A program made the translations under genes and the position numbers. A DNA stretch of 64,000 nucleotides from Eledone cirrhosa. Its lineage: Eukaryota. The notes under the pieces are model-generated. The model did no database searches, was not told the origin of the DNA, and saw only the letters and a list, made by a program, of their open reading frames with translations. Of the stretch, positions 12,390 through 26,350 are shown piece by piece; within the stretch, counting starts at the first letter, position 1; the number at the start of each line of letters is the position of its first letter. The stretch covers positions 335,420,001 through 335,484,000 of the forward strand of contig OZ024743.1 in assembly GCA_964016885.1 (NCBI GenBank), given 5' to 3'.

Positions 12390-13065
12390 CCGCCCACTTA
12401 TTCCTGAGACGGTCATTAGGGCAGATTCCTTAAACCCTCCTTCCTCTAAGAAGGAAACTACTCTAAATGATCCAGCTGGATCCACAAGCTCGTGGATATT
12501 GTCAGCCAAGCTCATGGATGTTATCCAACCCTCTTGTTAGGGATCTACACCTGGGTATCTTGTCGGTTGGTTTGGGCCTTAAAATCTATCAGAGTGATTC
12601 TTTCCTGAGACACATGCCCTTTGTGTCGGATCTGTGATCTCTCAATTCGGAGAAATGGTGGCTCTACCTGGAGTGACTCTCTGAACTCCGATCTACGCAC
12701 TCTGGTAGAATAACGTTACTCCAAACACCCTTCGGAGGAAACACATTTCGGCCGCTTGAATTCGTGATCGTATTATCCTTCAGTAAGGTTGGCACGAATA
12801 CCGAATTGAAGGTAGCTGATTTGGCTTTTACACATACCTACCTTCTTCTGATTACCGAATGCTGAAGCTGGCGCATTATTACACCAGCTCCTAAATTATG
12901 ACACTTAATTCAACCTCCTGCACTCCATCCTCCGTGAACATGGCCCTGATATACTTAAACTTCTCCACCTGCTTCAGTGGAGCTCCATTCACATGTAGAG
13001 TGCACATGTAGAGGTCTCCTTGAGAGGACGAATATCTCAGTTTTCGCAGCACTCACTTTCATTTC
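12390..13065 (-). mobile_element. Old RTE-type LINE 3' fragment
   Basis: Homologous to 43090-43630 and 30272-30495; minus-strand remnants such as VEKFKY and KSATFNSVFVPTL. Confidence 0.6.
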
Positions 13066-14029
13066 AGTCATTCATTTGTTGCCGAGTGCTGCATATTAAT
13101 GTCATAAAGAAAGAAATAATTTTTCAAAGTTTGATATGAATAGGGTAAAAACATTTTTTTATATTATGTTTTTTCGATTTAGGCGAAAGGTCAAGTTTTC
13201 GGGGAGCGAAAATTCGATTAAATCCTCCCCAATGCATGCACTTCTGGTACTTTATTTATCGACTCCGTAAGGATGAAAGGCAAAGTTAACCTCATCGCTA
13301 TTTGAAATCAGTATGTAAAGGGCCCTAACTCAATGCCTCGATACATGGTATCTGGTGCTTACCGATACAGATTATGTGCTTGAAATTTCAGGAGGACGTC
13401 CAACCATATAACGCTCTCAATTTGGCTTATTTCTACATTAGGAAGACGGTCTGAAATATTTTGAGCAACAACCATTTGGTATAAATTACAAATAAATACA
13501 ATTCATATAGTAGTAATATATCTTTATGCTACCTATCTCAGTGGAAACAATTTTAGAAATTAAATTATATTTCGAAATCGTTTAATTTATTGAAAATATT
13601 TCGTGGATTATGCATAAAGCTAAAGCAAAGAAATAAGGCTTTCTCTATTCTGGATAAAATAAAATATGCGTTTATATTGCAAGAGGCAAGATTGACGCGT
13701 AATACAATGAGAAGCATTCTGAAAATGATATGCATGATAAGGTTATTGTAACAAAAGAACAGCCTTCTAATTAGACATTGAAATATAAATATCATTTTTC
13801 AGATATTCGTCGGAATAAATAACAGATACATGCCGACTATACATTTTTAAAATACAGTATTTTCCGTTCATACCCGAATGCTGAAATACTTGCATAAAGA
13901 AAAAATTTCTCTTCACATGTTCGCTTATTTGATCTTATTTGCACATGTATGTTTGCGTATGTATGATTTAATCTTAATTATCTTTTACATTCCTGTGAGA
14001 GTGTTCATATTATATGTATGTAAATAATG

Positions 14030-14210
14030 ATTTCTAGTATAGGCACAAGGCCAGTAATTTGAAGGGGAGGGGAAAGTCGATTAAATCGACCCAGTGCATT
14101 ACTGGTGCATTATTTTATCGGGATTTCAACTCAGACCGCAAAGGGCCGTAACTCTATGCTGAAAAGCATGGTGTCCCACTCTCTACCGATACTGCCAATC
14201 CACCGCCCTT
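14030..14210 (-). mobile_element. SINE family A
   Basis: Reverse-strand match with an internal deletion; a further decayed copy at about 13180-13370. Confidence 0.75.
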
Positions 14211-14699
14211 ATATGTATGTAAACAATGACTTTGTTCCTTTCGCTCATTTCTTTAATGGCTTGGATAATATTTGTTTTGTTTTCGTTTTTTTCGTGTGTT
14301 GTGTGGGCTAGACTTTGCAATGCGTAATATCACGTGATGTAGGTGATCATTTGGGGGTTTAAGTTGAGAAAAGGACGACGAGAGAAGTTCAATCCCGGCC
14401 TGTTGCGTAATGGGGCCCTAGTCACTGCAGATAATAATATTGGGTCGTCAAGGATGAAATTTGTAGAAATTTGTTTTTTTTTTAGAAATTTCTACAAATT
14501 CCATACTTGACGAACAACAGCTTTATTAGATTTATTATATAAAAACTAAATGATATAACAGCTGCAGCTAAGAGAAACGTTTTACAAACCAGAATTACCT
14601 CCTCTCTATCACATCACTAATACATCTCGTGAAAACTGAAACCATAAAACTGTCACACCGCCTTCCAACCGGTAGAAACAATAGTTTAGATCCGTATGG

Positions 14700-14890
14700 C
14701 GATCAAATGCGGTCCCACGTGCTGGCCTCCCCACAGCCCCGGCGGACAGGATGGAGAAGGCGTTTCTCCGGAGGATGGAAATGCACTGGAAGAGCCATTC
14801 CAACTCACGAGGCTCACACCTGCGGCTGGCCGGCTCAGCGCCTATGGTGGTGAATAGGGAGGTAGCCCTAGGGCCAAGGACACCAAGTCG
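14700..14890 (-). mobile_element. CRE-like non-LTR retrotransposon 3' fragment
   Basis: EWLFQCISILRRNAFSILS, homologous to 32862-33150. Confidence 0.55.
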
Positions 14891-15871
14891 GTGTTACAGC
14901 TTCAGCTTGATAACGTCTTTGTCATTTAGTGGCTGTTGTGGTCCATGTTTCGTTTGTGAATTTGGGAAGGTGGGTGGTTCGCGTTCGGTTTGCCGAATTT
15001 GGAGGCGAAGCTGTCACAGATTGGTTTAACAAACGTCATGAGTGCAGGTTAGCGTTCGGTTTAGGGTGCTAACTAAGGGTTTTGTGGAGAAGTTGGAGCA
15101 GTAACAGTCTTATTTACGTATATAATATCCTCCTGAAAATAGGAAGAGACTGAAATGATTTGGACAAATAATAAGAAAGCCAGTCAACAACTGCGTAGCT
15201 CATGTTTTCTGCCCCGACTCCCCACAGCCCAGATTATATGGTTGAAATTTCAGGAGGATGATCAACCTCGTAAGTATAACAACAACGTTGGCATATTTCT
15301 TTCTTAGGAAGACGGTTTGAAATACTCTGAGCAACAGCCATTTGGTATAAATTACAAATCTATTAACGATATCGGCCTGAAATATGCTAGCGTCAACTAT
15401 CTAGAGTAAATTATACGACAATTAGCCTAGAGATACTATAAATTTTAAGTAGTTGAAATACTACATATTAAAATGTACAAAATCAAAACATAGTAGACTG
15501 TATGATTTATTTATAAGTTAATAATTGATGGTTCACTTAATGAAATTACTTTTTAAGCTACATATTTAGAAGGAAGAGGAGAAGAGAGGCTCCACTTTCA
15601 CTGTTGACTATATATCTTCCGTTAGGTTGAAAGGAGATTCTATCGATTAATGAATTATAATTGATTACTTGATCAACAATAACCCAGCGGCTAAATAATT
15701 TCGTTGATCTGTGAATACAGAGAAAATTATTTGTTCTTTTTTGTTTTATTTTGTTTTGCCTTTTTTCAACCGGATACCAGGATAACAATTCTCCGGATAT
15801 ATGTAACTGCCTGTGGCTATAGGTATATTAGATCTTTTATGCTGCGTGAGCATATGAAACGATTAAAAAAC

Positions 15872-16170
15872 GCATGGCTTAGTAATTAGAGTGTTCGGTG
15901 CAGGATCTTAACGCCGTGTGTTTAATTCTCTCCTAGGTGTTCCGTCCTTCAGCAAGAAACTATATTTCACATTTCTCCAGTTGTATCTGTTATTCAAAAA
16001 GCCAGTTTTGTCAGTGATGGTGTCTCATTGAATCTTCTTAGGGAATACATTATGGTTGCACTTGTCTATGGAATGCTCAGTCACTTGCACGTTAATTTCA
16101 CGAGCAGGTTGTTCTCTTGCTGGAATAACTGGAACACCCATCGTTGAAACCGACCAAGGTCTAAATCCAA
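15872..16170 (+). mobile_element. tRNA/CORE-like SINE, family B
   Basis: tRNA-like head gcatggcttagt, CORE-like middle, tail gcacgttaatttcacgagcagg...aaccgac. Relatives at about 22010, 23620, 24230-24680, 29420-29715, 31230(-), 32700(-), 39650-39990(-), 41100(-), 44500(-), 59870 and 60350-60680(-). Confidence 0.65.
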
Positions 16171-16359
16171 CACTATTTAACAAGTTACAGACTGAGATAA
16201 GTAATTGCTGTCTACATCAAGGGCAAATAGTTATATAGTGGAGTTTCTTAATAGTGATACGTAAGTCTTCCGTCGGTAGAAAACTTGCTTTGTCTTTTGG
16301 AGTAGGCTGTTCAAGTGAGAGAGAAAGAAGAAATATCATTTTTCTAACTGTTTTGTCAG

Positions 16360-16720
16360 TGGCTTGGCAGAATCGGTAATGCGCTGGACAACATGGTTTG
16401 TGGCATAGAGTTATGACTGTTTACGTTCTGAGTTCAAATTTTGCCGAGGGCAACTTTGCCCTTCATCCTTACGGGATCGATAAAATAAAATTCAACTTAC
16501 GTATTAGGGTCGATTTAATCGACTTCCCCCTCAAAATTGGCAGTATCGTTAGAGCGTCGGACAACATGCTTTGCGGCATATAGTTACGGTGCTTTACATT
16601 CTGAGTTCAAATACTGCAGAAGTTAGCTTTGCCTTTCATCCTCGCTGGGTCGATAAAATACAAGTAATGCACTTTTCCTTCTACCTAAACTTGACCTTGT
16701 GCCTGAATCAGGAACCGTTA
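16360..16720 (+). mobile_element. Two tandem SINE family A copies
   Basis: Two A/B-box heads, each followed by the conserved body. Confidence 0.75.
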
Positions 16721-17349
16721 TTATAACTGTTTGTATATGTCTGATCTTTCCTGCATGGTTACAGATTTAGTAGTTAAATTTAGCCAAAGTCAAATACTAA
16801 GAATTATTATATATATCATAATAACTCTACACGGTGTGAAATTAACACAAATAAATGAATTCAGAATTTTGATATCATAGAGAGCTCTGAAAGCTAACGA
16901 TAGATGGAGTAACGTGAATTCTCGAGCCCACATATTCATCAGGGTTTATTGCACTAAATGACAGTGAGTACTGGTATTGGTCCTTCAGAATGTTGTTGAT
17001 GATGGTACTCAATTTCATCTGAGTAGACGAGATCAGCATAAAGTGAGGGGCCAAAAGGATGCACTCAACAAAACACCGAGACCTGGTATCGAACTGTGAC
17101 CTTGCGACCAAAACTTTACCCTCTTGATCACGCATCTCCACGGTAACATGTTGGATCAGGAGACAGATTTCATGAATCCACCCATGAATGGATACACATA
17201 CAATGTTGGATGTAACAGAATAGTAGCAAAATCCTAATTTAGGAGGAAACAATATTCAGTTCATCACGACAGTGAAATATGATGCGAACGAGAAAGTATG
17301 TATACGGTCATTTAAAGAGTTAGAAAAGGAACCGCCAAGTTTCCATCAA

Positions 17350-17480
17350 ATAACACCCCAGCAGCCCGTCTGAGGATGTATCCCCACTAGGTGGGGTGGC
17401 TGTTACAGCGCGAGTTGCTAGCCATTGTCCGCGGAAATGCCTTTGCAGCTTTGTCCTCGGGGTGCAGCCGAGATATTCCC
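17350..17480 (+). mobile_element. CRE-like LINE 3' fragment
   Basis: Translates WLLQRELLAIVRGNAFAALS; inverted relative at about 29170-29290. Confidence 0.5.
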
Positions 17481-19194
17481 CCGCCCTAGGCATATGACCT
17501 GTCACCCTCTCCCCTTCCCCTTCTCTTTCATTCGTAACCTAGTAGTCCTTCTGTTACCTACTTTTCCTCTTATTTATGGTATTTATAGTTGTTTTCCTCT
17601 ACTATTCTTTACAACCAGATCTGCCCTTCTTTATGCCTTCCCACTATTTTCATTACTCAATTTTGTTTTTATAATTTTTCTTTCATATTTCCATCATTAT
17701 ATACCTTTGTAAAATATAGGTGACATACTTTGTTTATGCATAATTGATCAAATAAAAACAATTCGTTTAACTTGTTCATTTATTAATGTAACAAAAAAGA
17801 AACACATTGGATGACCTAGGCTCATAGAATGTATATATAAAAGCAAATACGGGATGGTCATAAGACGAACTTTATTAAGACATAACCTAGGATTAATTGA
17901 CTCCAAGATGTATGTATAGAAACCCAAATCCTTTCAGTGAGACTGTAATAAACTTCTATTGAACTTATTTATACAAATCTTGTAGGTGGGGAATTGGCAG
18001 AATTGCAAACGTGTTGGACAGACGCCTGGCAATATTTGTTCCGGCTCTTTGCACACATGAAGCCTTTCATCCTTCCGATGTCGTTAAAAATGTAGTACGA
18101 ATCAAGTATTCGGTCCAATTCTGTCCCTCTTACTCTATCTCTCTCTTGCTCTCCCCCACTCTATCTTACTCTCTATCTCTCTCTTGCTCTCTCTCACTCT
18201 CTCTCTCTCTCTCTTGCTCTCCCTTACTTTATCTCTCTCTTGCTCTCTCTCACTCTATCTCTCTCTCACTCTAACCCAATCTCTCTCTCTCACACTTCCT
18301 CTCTCTCCCTCACACGCACCTTTTGTTTTAAGCTCTGTCTCATTCACAATATGAAGCACTACTACAGCAACGTTCACTCAATCGCTATTGAAGAATGTGG
18401 TCGCTGCAGCTCTTGGAAAATGCGGCAACTGATGGCGAAGATTATGATTAATTAATACAAAATTCAATTTTTTCAGTGTATCCATATGTTCTGTTTACTT
18501 AATATAAAGGTCCTATCAAAAATATCTTGTATATAATACACTGTGTAAATATGCATCACATGGGAAATATTGCCACTGTGAAGGGATTGCCAAAGCAAAC
18601 GTAGAATAGCGCATTCTTTATGAAAATATCTCAAGTCGATTTGAACAACGATCCATATTTCCTTATTAATTTTTTATATTTTGTTAGGAACCATGTGTTT
18701 TACAGTCAAACGAGGAATATTAGAACAGGTGTTAATACTGATTCTTTTCACTATTATTATTATTGTTGAAGGTGAGAGGGATGTTGTATTTCTTTGCGTT
18801 CATTATCCAAGCACCAAATCGAAATTAAAAAAAATATATATTGAATCCTATTTTCCTCCTCCAGAAATAAATGAAATAGTCAAGTCATTGAATTATTGCT
18901 TTTAAAGACGTTATTAATTATTTTGAAAAGAGTCATTGGTGCCCGCTATCTTTCACTAATCATGAAATATCTGGAGCAGTCATAAAATTTATTACCGGAA
19001 TCCAACACTGGATTTGGTTAATGTATTATAATTATCGCTGAATGTATACAAACTAATGAGTAAATCTCTACTCAGTTGGTAAACCTTATTTTAATAACTA
19101 AAATCTCCATTAAGCTTCAACAGTTTCGTTGATGGGATTGGAAATTCATTTCTAAACTGTTTACACTTGAGCGTTAGGCATTCTATCACATTTG

Positions 19195-19375
19195 TGGATT
19201 GGCAGTATCGGTAGAGTGTCGGACGTCATGCTTTGACGCATAGAGTCATGGCCCTTTCCATTCTGAGTTCAAATTCCGTCGAGGTTAACTTTGCCTTTCA
19301 TCCTTACGGGATCGATAAAATAAAGTACCAGTAATGCACTGGGTAATTGCTGGCCTTGTTCCAATAGTAGAAACA
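19195..19375 (+). mobile_element. SINE family A
   Basis: Full-length match to 2281-2470. Confidence 0.85.
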
Positions 19376-19479
19376 TATATATTGTATATATACGTGTGGG
19401 TGTCATGTTTGAGGGCATGGCCAATCCTAGGAGAAGAATTTAACATTTACATCATCCTCATCATCATAATCATGGTCTT

Positions 19480-19720
19480 TTAACCCTTTTCGGGGCTGAA
19501 CGCTGCAACAACTGTCTGCATCTTTGGTGGTCACAGGTGAGTGCTTGGATTGTGGATAAGTTCTTTCCTGTCACCTCAGCTATTTTGTCTGTCCATCGCT
19601 CTCGCTCTCTGCCCCGCCTTCTCTTTCCCCACACTGTTCCTTGGAGAATTATCTTAGAGAGTCCGTCAGATCATTTCAGCTCACTCCTCTTCACCATCGT
19701 CAGCATTTGTCAAAGAGGCT
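19480..19720 (-). mobile_element. RTE/BovB-like LINE 3' fragment
   Basis: Minus strand reads DGLSKIILQGTVWGKRRRGRERERWTDKI. Confidence 0.6.
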
Positions 19721-19841
19721 CACATGTTGGGTGGTTCATTTTTTTAACACATACAATTCAGCTCAAATATGTTTTGTTTTTCTACACATTTAAATACTTG
19801 ACCAAAGCCCGTCTCCTCAATCTATTTTATTTCTCATTCTT

Positions 19842-19877
19842 TCTTCTGATGAAGGACTAGCGTCCGAAACGTTAAGA
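19842..19877 (+). ncRNA. Minimal hammerhead ribozyme
   Basis: Stem I TCTT/AAGA; CTGATGA plus an extra A; stem II GGAC-tagc-GTCC; GAAA; palindromic AACGTT; GUU. A decayed relative lies at about 54110-54180. Confidence 0.7.
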
Positions 19878-19962
19878 CCCCCTTCCTCCTATATCAAGCG
19901 TTAACCTAATATATCCCTTCCATATACTGTACCGATTATGTTGTTATTTCTGTTTACTCTTT

Positions 19963-19994
<32 letters not shown>

Positions 19995-20000
19995 GTACAT

Positions 20001-20126
20001 ATAGGAACATGTTTGACCTCGACGGCAGACCCCAAGCCGTTTCGACGGATATTTCTGAACGGAAGAGTCCAGAAATAGCCGTCGAAACGGCTTGAGATCT
20101 GCCGTCGGGGTCAAACATTTTCCTAT
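20001..20126. repeat. Fold-back palindrome between (TA)n tracts
   Basis: atgtttgacctcgacggcaga..caagccgtttcgacgg mirrors ccgtcgaaacggcttg..tctgccgtcggggtcaaacat. Confidence 0.85.
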
Positions 20127-20146
20127 TACCCACTCTACTACCCTAA

Positions 20147-20215
<69 letters not shown>

Positions 20216-20924
20216 AAATTTAGTACTGTATCAACGAAGCCATGGTTGCAGCCAAGCTAACGAATACAGTTTCGGTGTGCAGCTCAGCACTCGATAGGGT
20301 ATATAACCCTAGAGTTATAACATTACGTTTAAACACCTTTGCATATATATAAAGGTTTCTCTTTTGAATCCCTCTTTCTGCCTAGTAAAAGACACCTAAC
20401 TCCCCTCTCCTATACTATTAGCACTCTTCTTTCCTGCTTCCTTCTTTTCTATCTCTTTCTTCGTTTTCTCCCTTTAACCTCCTCTACCAATCCTCATTAT
20501 AGAAGTAACCTCGCCCCTTTTCCTCCTACACACCCACCCTAGATACTTGCTCCATTAGATCGAATACCTCTACCACCACCATCCTCAATAACCTACTGAT
20601 ACAACTATAAATAACCAGGGCTGATCAACTTTATTTGATATTCTTGACGATTTCATAAGAATGAAACAGTCCTAGTCTTGTAAAGGTCATTTCTACATAT
20701 GTAGTAAAGATGCATATATATATCCTACCACTGTATTGACTACCTTCTTAAACCGTGGTCATCTCAACGACACAACTCAGAAATGTGTGTGTGTGCGTGT
20801 GTGTGCGTGTCCCGGGTTCAATCGGGAGTAACCACATTAAGTAGGGCTTTCTTGATGATGTCCTCCGAATGAAACAGTTCTAGTCCTGTAGAAGCCAATT
20901 CTATATTAAATATATATACTGTAT

Positions 20925-21140
20925 ATATCAGGTGGTGAATTGAAGCGACATATGAACATACACAATAAGCAAACTCAAAGTGGAAACAGGAGTGAAATGA
21001 AATATCATTGTATTACTTGTGGACGGGTCTTTCACGGGCTTTCAGGACTCACAAGGTCATTTGGGATCCCATGCTAGGATGGAACGAACATGAAATGCAA
21101 GAAGTGGTGAAGCTTTGTACGGATCAGACGACCTTCATAT
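20925..21140 (+). mobile_element. RTE 3'-end fragment with C2H2 zinc-finger remnants
   Basis: GGELKRHMNIH...HCITCGRVFHGLSGL, similar to 28162-28431. Confidence 0.55.
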
Positions 21141-21149
21141 TATATATTT

Positions 21150-21550
21150 AATTGTTTCTACTATAGGCACAAGACCAGCAATTTTGGAGGAGGGGAAAGT
21201 CGATTAAATCGATCCCACTACTTACTGGTGCTTTTTTTTATCGACCCCGTAAGGATGAAAGGCAAAGCTAACCTCGGCAAGATTTGAACTCAAAACGTAA
21301 AGGGCCATAACTCTCTGCCACAAAGCAGTGTGTCCGACGCTATACCAATACTGCAATAATAATAATAATAATCATTTCTACTATAGGCTCAAGGCCGGCA
21401 ATGTTTGGGAGGGGGAAGTCGATTAAATCGACTTCAGTGCATTACTGGTACTTTATTTTATCGACCCCGTAAGAATGAAAGGCAAAGCTAACCTCGGCGG
21501 GATTTGAACTCAGAATGTAAAGGTCCGTAACACTGTGCTGCAAAGCAGGA
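21150..21550 (-). mobile_element. Two tandem SINE family A copies
   Basis: Reverse-strand matches. Confidence 0.8.
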
Positions 21551-22414
21551 TGAATAATAAAACAGTACACAATAACATAATGTAGATTACGTGTAGAATC
21601 TAATCGTCAAAAGCAAACTACGTGGGCTAATAGTTGTTTATAAAATACTGTGTAGTCGCCAAGGCAGCCAGAACAAAACAATAGAAAACAAATCGTATTT
21701 TTTTTATCTCGCATTGTCACAATAATTTGTAACAAGAAATGTCAAAATATGAATCAACTTACGCAGAAAGACAAAATATGAAATTAAAAAACAGGCAATC
21801 AGAACAAGCCAGAGCAATGTTAACAATAAATACTAAATCTCATGTTTTTCTCCTTTTGTTTATCTCTCATTGTCACAATAATTTGTAACTAGAAATGTTA
21901 AGATATTACAATATTAATTAACTTACGTAGAAGAAAAAATATGTAATTAGAACCGTGAAAGTGGTGAATGTGTAATGGGAGGTCAGTATGTGGATCTACC
22001 TTGGTCGGGCGCTTAAAGAGTTCGCTTCACAATCACTAGGTCCTAGGCTCGAACTCTCTGCGGGACATCTTAGGTAAATGTCATTTACCATTGCCTCGCT
22101 GTTATTGAAAGTGCTAGCCTTCTCAAACATTCTACACATACATACTAGGAACCAAATCGGCATCGCACTGTCTGAGAAGTAGCTATAAATTAACTCCTAG
22201 ATTCGAACACTCTGGGGGTATCTTAGATAGATGTCATTTACTATTGCTTCGGATTGACTGTACCTCTATTTCAATGCACCAGCCATGTCACATACTCGGT
22301 ACATATATCCTAGAAGAGTAATCGGCGTTGTACAGGCTGAGAAGTAGCTATCAATGTACCAGAAATATTCTTAACGGTGGCATATACGGTTTAACAGAAG
22401 GTTATTAGATTTCT

Positions 22415-22604
22415 AGGCGGTAGATTGGTAGTATCAGTAGAGGGTCGGACACCATGCTTTGACGCATAGAGTTACGGCCCTTGTCATTCTGAGTTCAAAT
22501 CCGGTCGAGGTTAACTTTGCTTCTCATCCTTACGAGGTCGATAAAATAAAGTACCAGTAATCTACTGAGTAATTGCTGGCCTTGTGCCAAAAGTAGATAC
22601 AATT
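22415..22604 (+). mobile_element. SINE family A
   Basis: Full-length match. Confidence 0.85.
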
Positions 22605-23869
22605 ATTACATTTCTATTTGAGTTCTTTTTTTTTTATTGTGTAAAAACTACTTGGCATTCTGATGTAGTGCCTTGTGCTATAGCAACGTAGATACGGACT
22701 CAATATAGAGATTATACTTTATAAATTAATTGTGTAAATGTCAGGAGCTAACTCATGTGTATTAAACAAGAACACAGAAATAAACAAACACGTTTAATTA
22801 ATTAGTAAACATTATAAGAACATAATATTTCATATTTCTTGAAATATTTTAATTCATATAAAACATTTTAAATTAGTAAAAATCGGTTTTGAGAGATAGC
22901 CCATCAATGGATTTAAAACCATTGTTATAACATGTGGGAACCAGGTTACTTAGTGTTCAACCACATATCTAAATATTGGAACTAGATAGAAGCAATATTT
23001 GGAATAATAAAGAAATGTCATTAATAATTGCTGTGATTCTAGCTTTATGACTTTAGATCTGTGATATTCATAGCCTTAGAAATTTGTAACCATTTCTCCT
23101 TTTGTTATTCATCATATTATTATGAATAACATTCCCTTTCAATTATTAACCCTTTCACGACCACATTTCTAATGTGATACACTCTATTTAATTTAATTAG
23201 TGAAGGATTTTGAGGGATTTACAAAAATTATTAATTATTTCATTACTAAGATAGTAACTTAACAAAATCGTGTTGGGTGGATTTACCAAAATTATTAAAT
23301 CTTTCATTACTAAAACAGTAACTTAACAAAATTATGTTGAGAGATTTTAATTCAAATAGAAACCCATTAACACAGTCAGTTATATTTCATAGAACCCCTG
23401 AGACGGTTTTGGGCGGGTCGGTAATCTAGACATTCAAATAACACATACTAATGTTTCAAAACTTAATTCCATTAAGAGTGTTAGCTAGATGACTACCTTC
23501 AAACAGAGTCAACTACACACTCACATATACTGAAATACACATATAGAGAAATATAGAAAGTGCATCCGTTGCACAAGCAACACTACTCCAATCTCTTACA
23601 AATTTCCCCTGTGTGTGAAGGAGAATGGCTTAGTGGTTAGTGCATTGGGCTTGCAATCGAAAGATTGTGAGTTCATGTGTCGGACCGGTGATGTGTTGTT
23701 TCCTTGAGCAAGGCACTTTATTTGACGTTGCTCCAGTTTACTCAGCTGTAGAAATGAGATGATAGGACTGGGGCCCCCATCATTAAATTACCCAAGACAC
23801 CCCCAACGAGATATACCTTGGAGGAGGCCAGTTAAACCTGCATAGGCGTGAGCTGTCACACACATATAC

Positions 23870-23900
<31 letters not shown>

Positions 23901-23902
23901 TA

Positions 23903-23986
<84 letters not shown>

Positions 23987-24126
23987 GGAACCGTCAACTC
24001 CCTTCTCTATCCATTCAATATAAATAAATACTTCAACTTGACATACATTTAGCTTATTTTTCTGCATATTTTCTATCAACCACTTGCCTTACTATTTCCA
24101 CTTGGGTCGACCTATGCCTTGTACGT

Positions 24127-24216
24127 GAAATAGACAGATAATTGTTTCTACTTTTGGCACAAGGCCAGCAATTACCCAATGTATTACTGGTACTTTATTA
24201 GAAATAGACAGATAAT
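24127..24216 (-). mobile_element. 5'-truncated SINE A tip with a ~16-bp TSD, nested in SINE B
   Basis: gaaatagacagataat on both sides of a ~58-bp SINE 3' end. Confidence 0.75.
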
Positions 24217-25097
24217 GGAAGCACGTCAAATGTACACTACCTATAATTCAAAAAGCCACACCGAATCTCGCTGAATCTCTCGGAGAATCACGTTATCGGT
24301 ATATTCTAGGATTTCGAATAATCGACCCCACTCCCCACTTATTAAATTTTGCTGCAACAATTAATTTTCTTTATTCATCAAATACCATTAAACATTACAA
24401 ATAAAGAACATTACTAGAAATCTCATACGTTATAACATAAATAGGATGGGTTGGGTCTCAATATGTAAACTAAACGACTAATTCTGGTTTTTAAAAACTC
24501 AACGGAGATAACCTACAAAATTTACCTATTTCTCACACCCACTTATTTCAACTATCATCTTTGACCCGAGAGTACGTGTATATGGAATGCTCAGTCACTT
24601 ACATGTTAATTTTTTGAGCAGTCTATTCAACTCATCGAATACCTGGAACATATATTGTCGAAACCGACGGAGGTCCATCTTTCGATCGATGCAGCTTAAT
24701 CATAGTAAAGACAAAAACAACTACGTTTCATTAAGCTGGTAAGCTGTAACAAGCCGACAACATATTACTCTATCAATAGCTTAGTTTATCAAACATGCTG
24801 TACCATGCAATTTATGATTGCACAATCAAATGTATCTGTCTTTTTACGCTTGTCTTTATTTCTTCGACTTCAACTGATACATGACTCGCCTTTTCTCCTA
24901 ATGGATATCGATTTATTTTTCTACATTTCTAGAAGAATAATATATTGTCAATAACGATAGAGTAATTGTGGTCCAGATATGGAATTTCCTTTGGTGCCCT
25001 ATACACATCATTATTTTAGAAATCTATTGCCCCATTCATCTATTTCTTAACTCGATAGATGATATATTTATCTTTTTACAGTAACCACGATAAATAG

Positions 25098-25543
25098 AAT
25101 TGTTTCTACTTTTGGCACAAGGCCAGCAATTATCCAGTGCATTACTGGTACTTCATTTTATCTATCTCGTAAGGATAAAAGGCAAAGTTAACCTCGGCGG
25201 GATTTGACTTTCATCCTTACGAGGTCGATAAAATAAAGTACCAGTAATGCACTGTGTAATTGCTGTCCTTGTGCCAAAAGTAGAAACAATTAATTATGTA
25301 GAGTAGAAAACTAAAATTTATATTCTACATAATTAATTGTTTCTACTTTTGGCACAAGGCCAGCAATCACCTAGTACATTACTGGTACTTTATTTTATCG
25401 ACCCCGTAAGGATGAAAGGCAAAGTTGACCTCGGCGGGATTTCAACTCAGAATGGAAAGGGCCGTAACTCTATGCGTCAAAGCATGACGTCCGACCCTCT
25501 ACCGATACTGCCAATCCACCGCCCTATATTCTACATAATTAAT
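25098..25543. mobile_element. SINE A cluster: (-) fragment, (+) fragment, and a full (-) copy with TSD
   Basis: Full copy about 25336-25524 flanked by tatattctacataattaat. Confidence 0.85.
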
Positions 25544-26234
25544 GCCATGGCAGCTGTGTTGTACAAATATTTATGTACTAGAAACTGCATAATTAATTAA
25601 AGAGGGAGTCAAAGGTTTATATCACTTCATCAGACCTATATAAACAAAACTGAAATAAAAAATCTCTCTATCGATTGATTCTGAATTCAGTGATTGCATG
25701 GTCTAATTAAACGGTATTAATTGTTTTGCTAGGTTTACAGCACTATTGGAATATTGTGAATACTGGACTACGCAGTATTTCCATTTTGATTAGTAAATCG
25801 GGTGATCTCATTAAATGCCGAGTGTGGTTTGTGCCCAAATTGTTTATATTCTTCAAAACCTAACTAACCACACATACAAACACAGGTTGTTTTACCTTGA
25901 GAGGATCAGGCTACCAATAAAAACACATGCACCTATTGGTTTTCATTTTTATCATATTCACAATTTATTATAAACTTCCAATTTGTTAGTTTAATAGGCG
26001 GATCGTTGTTTATTTGGTTATTGCCAAAGCTCCTTCGTCACACATTCTGTGACCTCCCTAGTAAGAAATTTGTTATTCTGTGTCTCTCCTACACCATCCG
26101 CTGTAGAACATTGAAGTGAAAACCAACAGGTGCATGTGTTTTTGTTGGCAGTATGACCTTCCCAAATTATAACAATATGTGTTTCAACACACGTTTTCTG
26201 ATAAGGAATCTTGCAAAACATATACCAAAGCGAA

Positions 26235-26300
26235 GTATGTATGTATGTATGTATGTATGTATGTATGTATGTATGTATGTATGTATGTATGTATGTATGT
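26235..26300. repeat. (GTAT)n microsatellite
   Basis: Direct reading; abuts the RTE TSD. Confidence 0.95.
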
Positions 26301-26350
26301 ATTATAACAATACATTTTAATGAAATTTAATACACTTTTTTTTTTATTCC

